The notes beneath the pieces were generated by a model, which was not told where the DNA came from, did not search any database, and worked only from the letters and a program-made list of their open reading frames with translations. Positions 31,801-32,000 of a stretch of DNA of 32,000 nt are shown piece by piece (positions within the stretch are counted from its first letter, which is position 1; each line of letters begins with the position of its first letter). Source of the stretch: Sphingobacteriales bacterium 44-61 (GTDB taxonomy: Bacteria > Bacteroidota > Bacteroidia > Chitinophagales > Chitinophagaceae); assembly GCA_001898405.1 (NCBI GenBank), contig MKTW01000018.1:182432-214431 (forward strand), given 5' to 3'. Made by a program: the position numbers and the translations under genes.

Positions 31801-32000
31801 TCATTGGCAACAGCGGAGCCCGAACCATTTTTGACGGTAATGGTAGCTCCGGCAACCGGAGTACCGGAGGCGTCCAGAACAACACCCGACACAGAAGCAG
31901 TCTGGGCATATCCTGTATTATATAAAAGGGAAAACAAAAAATAGAGAAGACAAAAGGCTAATGGCCTTTTGCGCCAGGCAATCAATCGAGTCATAAGCAT
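28878..32000 (-). CDS. SusC/RagA family TonB-dependent outer membrane transporter
   Basis: 1040 aa. Signal peptide; carboxypeptidase-D-regulatory-like domain ([20 protein letters not shown]); plug signature ([54 protein letters not shown]); long beta-barrel. No N-terminal STN signalling domain is visible. The ATG sits on the last 3 nt of the window, so an upstream start cannot be excluded. Confidence 0.9.
   Translation of the reverse strand: [1040 protein letters not shown]

Noticed and set aside
30813-31925. 370-aa plus-strand ORF, the longest unassigned ORF in the track
   Set aside because: It lies entirely antisense to the strongly supported SusC gene. Its translation is low-complexity, rich in Cys, Phe, Ile and Gly, with no recognisable motif. 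It is most likely a shadow ORF.

Overview
The window reads as a chromosomal segment from a Bacteroidota genome. The evidence is a SusC/SusD pair, many lipoprotein and signal-peptide N-termini, and AraC regulators with membrane domains. I cannot assign a genus. Gene calls are by eye from the ORF translations; no searches were run. I found no rRNA, tRNA, CRISPR array, transposase or integrase.

Layout:
- 1-260: 5' end of a minus-strand gene running off the window.
- 673-6315: three-gene RND efflux operon, ordered OMF, pump, adaptor.
- 6529-8220: a Tat-signal hemerythrin-like lipoprotein and an AraC regulator.
- 8245-10480: an AT-rich, gene-poor stretch with clustered TTTWCGGA repeats, an orphan MlaD-like gene, a start-less ORF and an orphan terminator.
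- 10487-14329 (plus strand): an ArsR plus SRPBCC pair, a secreted HExxH protein and a class-C beta-lactamase-fold hydrolase.
- 14449-17121: an NTF2-like/PQQ sugar dehydrogenase fusion and a membrane-anchored AraC regulator.
- 17206-32000: one tightly packed minus-strand unit.

The main finding is that last unit. It runs SusC, SusD, GH2 beta-galactosidase and a GH63-like glycosidase. These are followed directly (3-16 nt gaps) by a kinase/phospho-lyase fusion of the hydroxylysine kinase and phosphohydroxylysine phospho-lyase type, a DUF1338 (HglS-like) enzyme and an ALDH7-type aminoadipate-semialdehyde dehydrogenase. A strong intrinsic terminator closes the unit. I interpret it as a candidate utilisation locus for glycosylated hydroxylysine (collagen-type Glc-Gal-Hyl glycopeptides). 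That interpretation is inference and needs testing.
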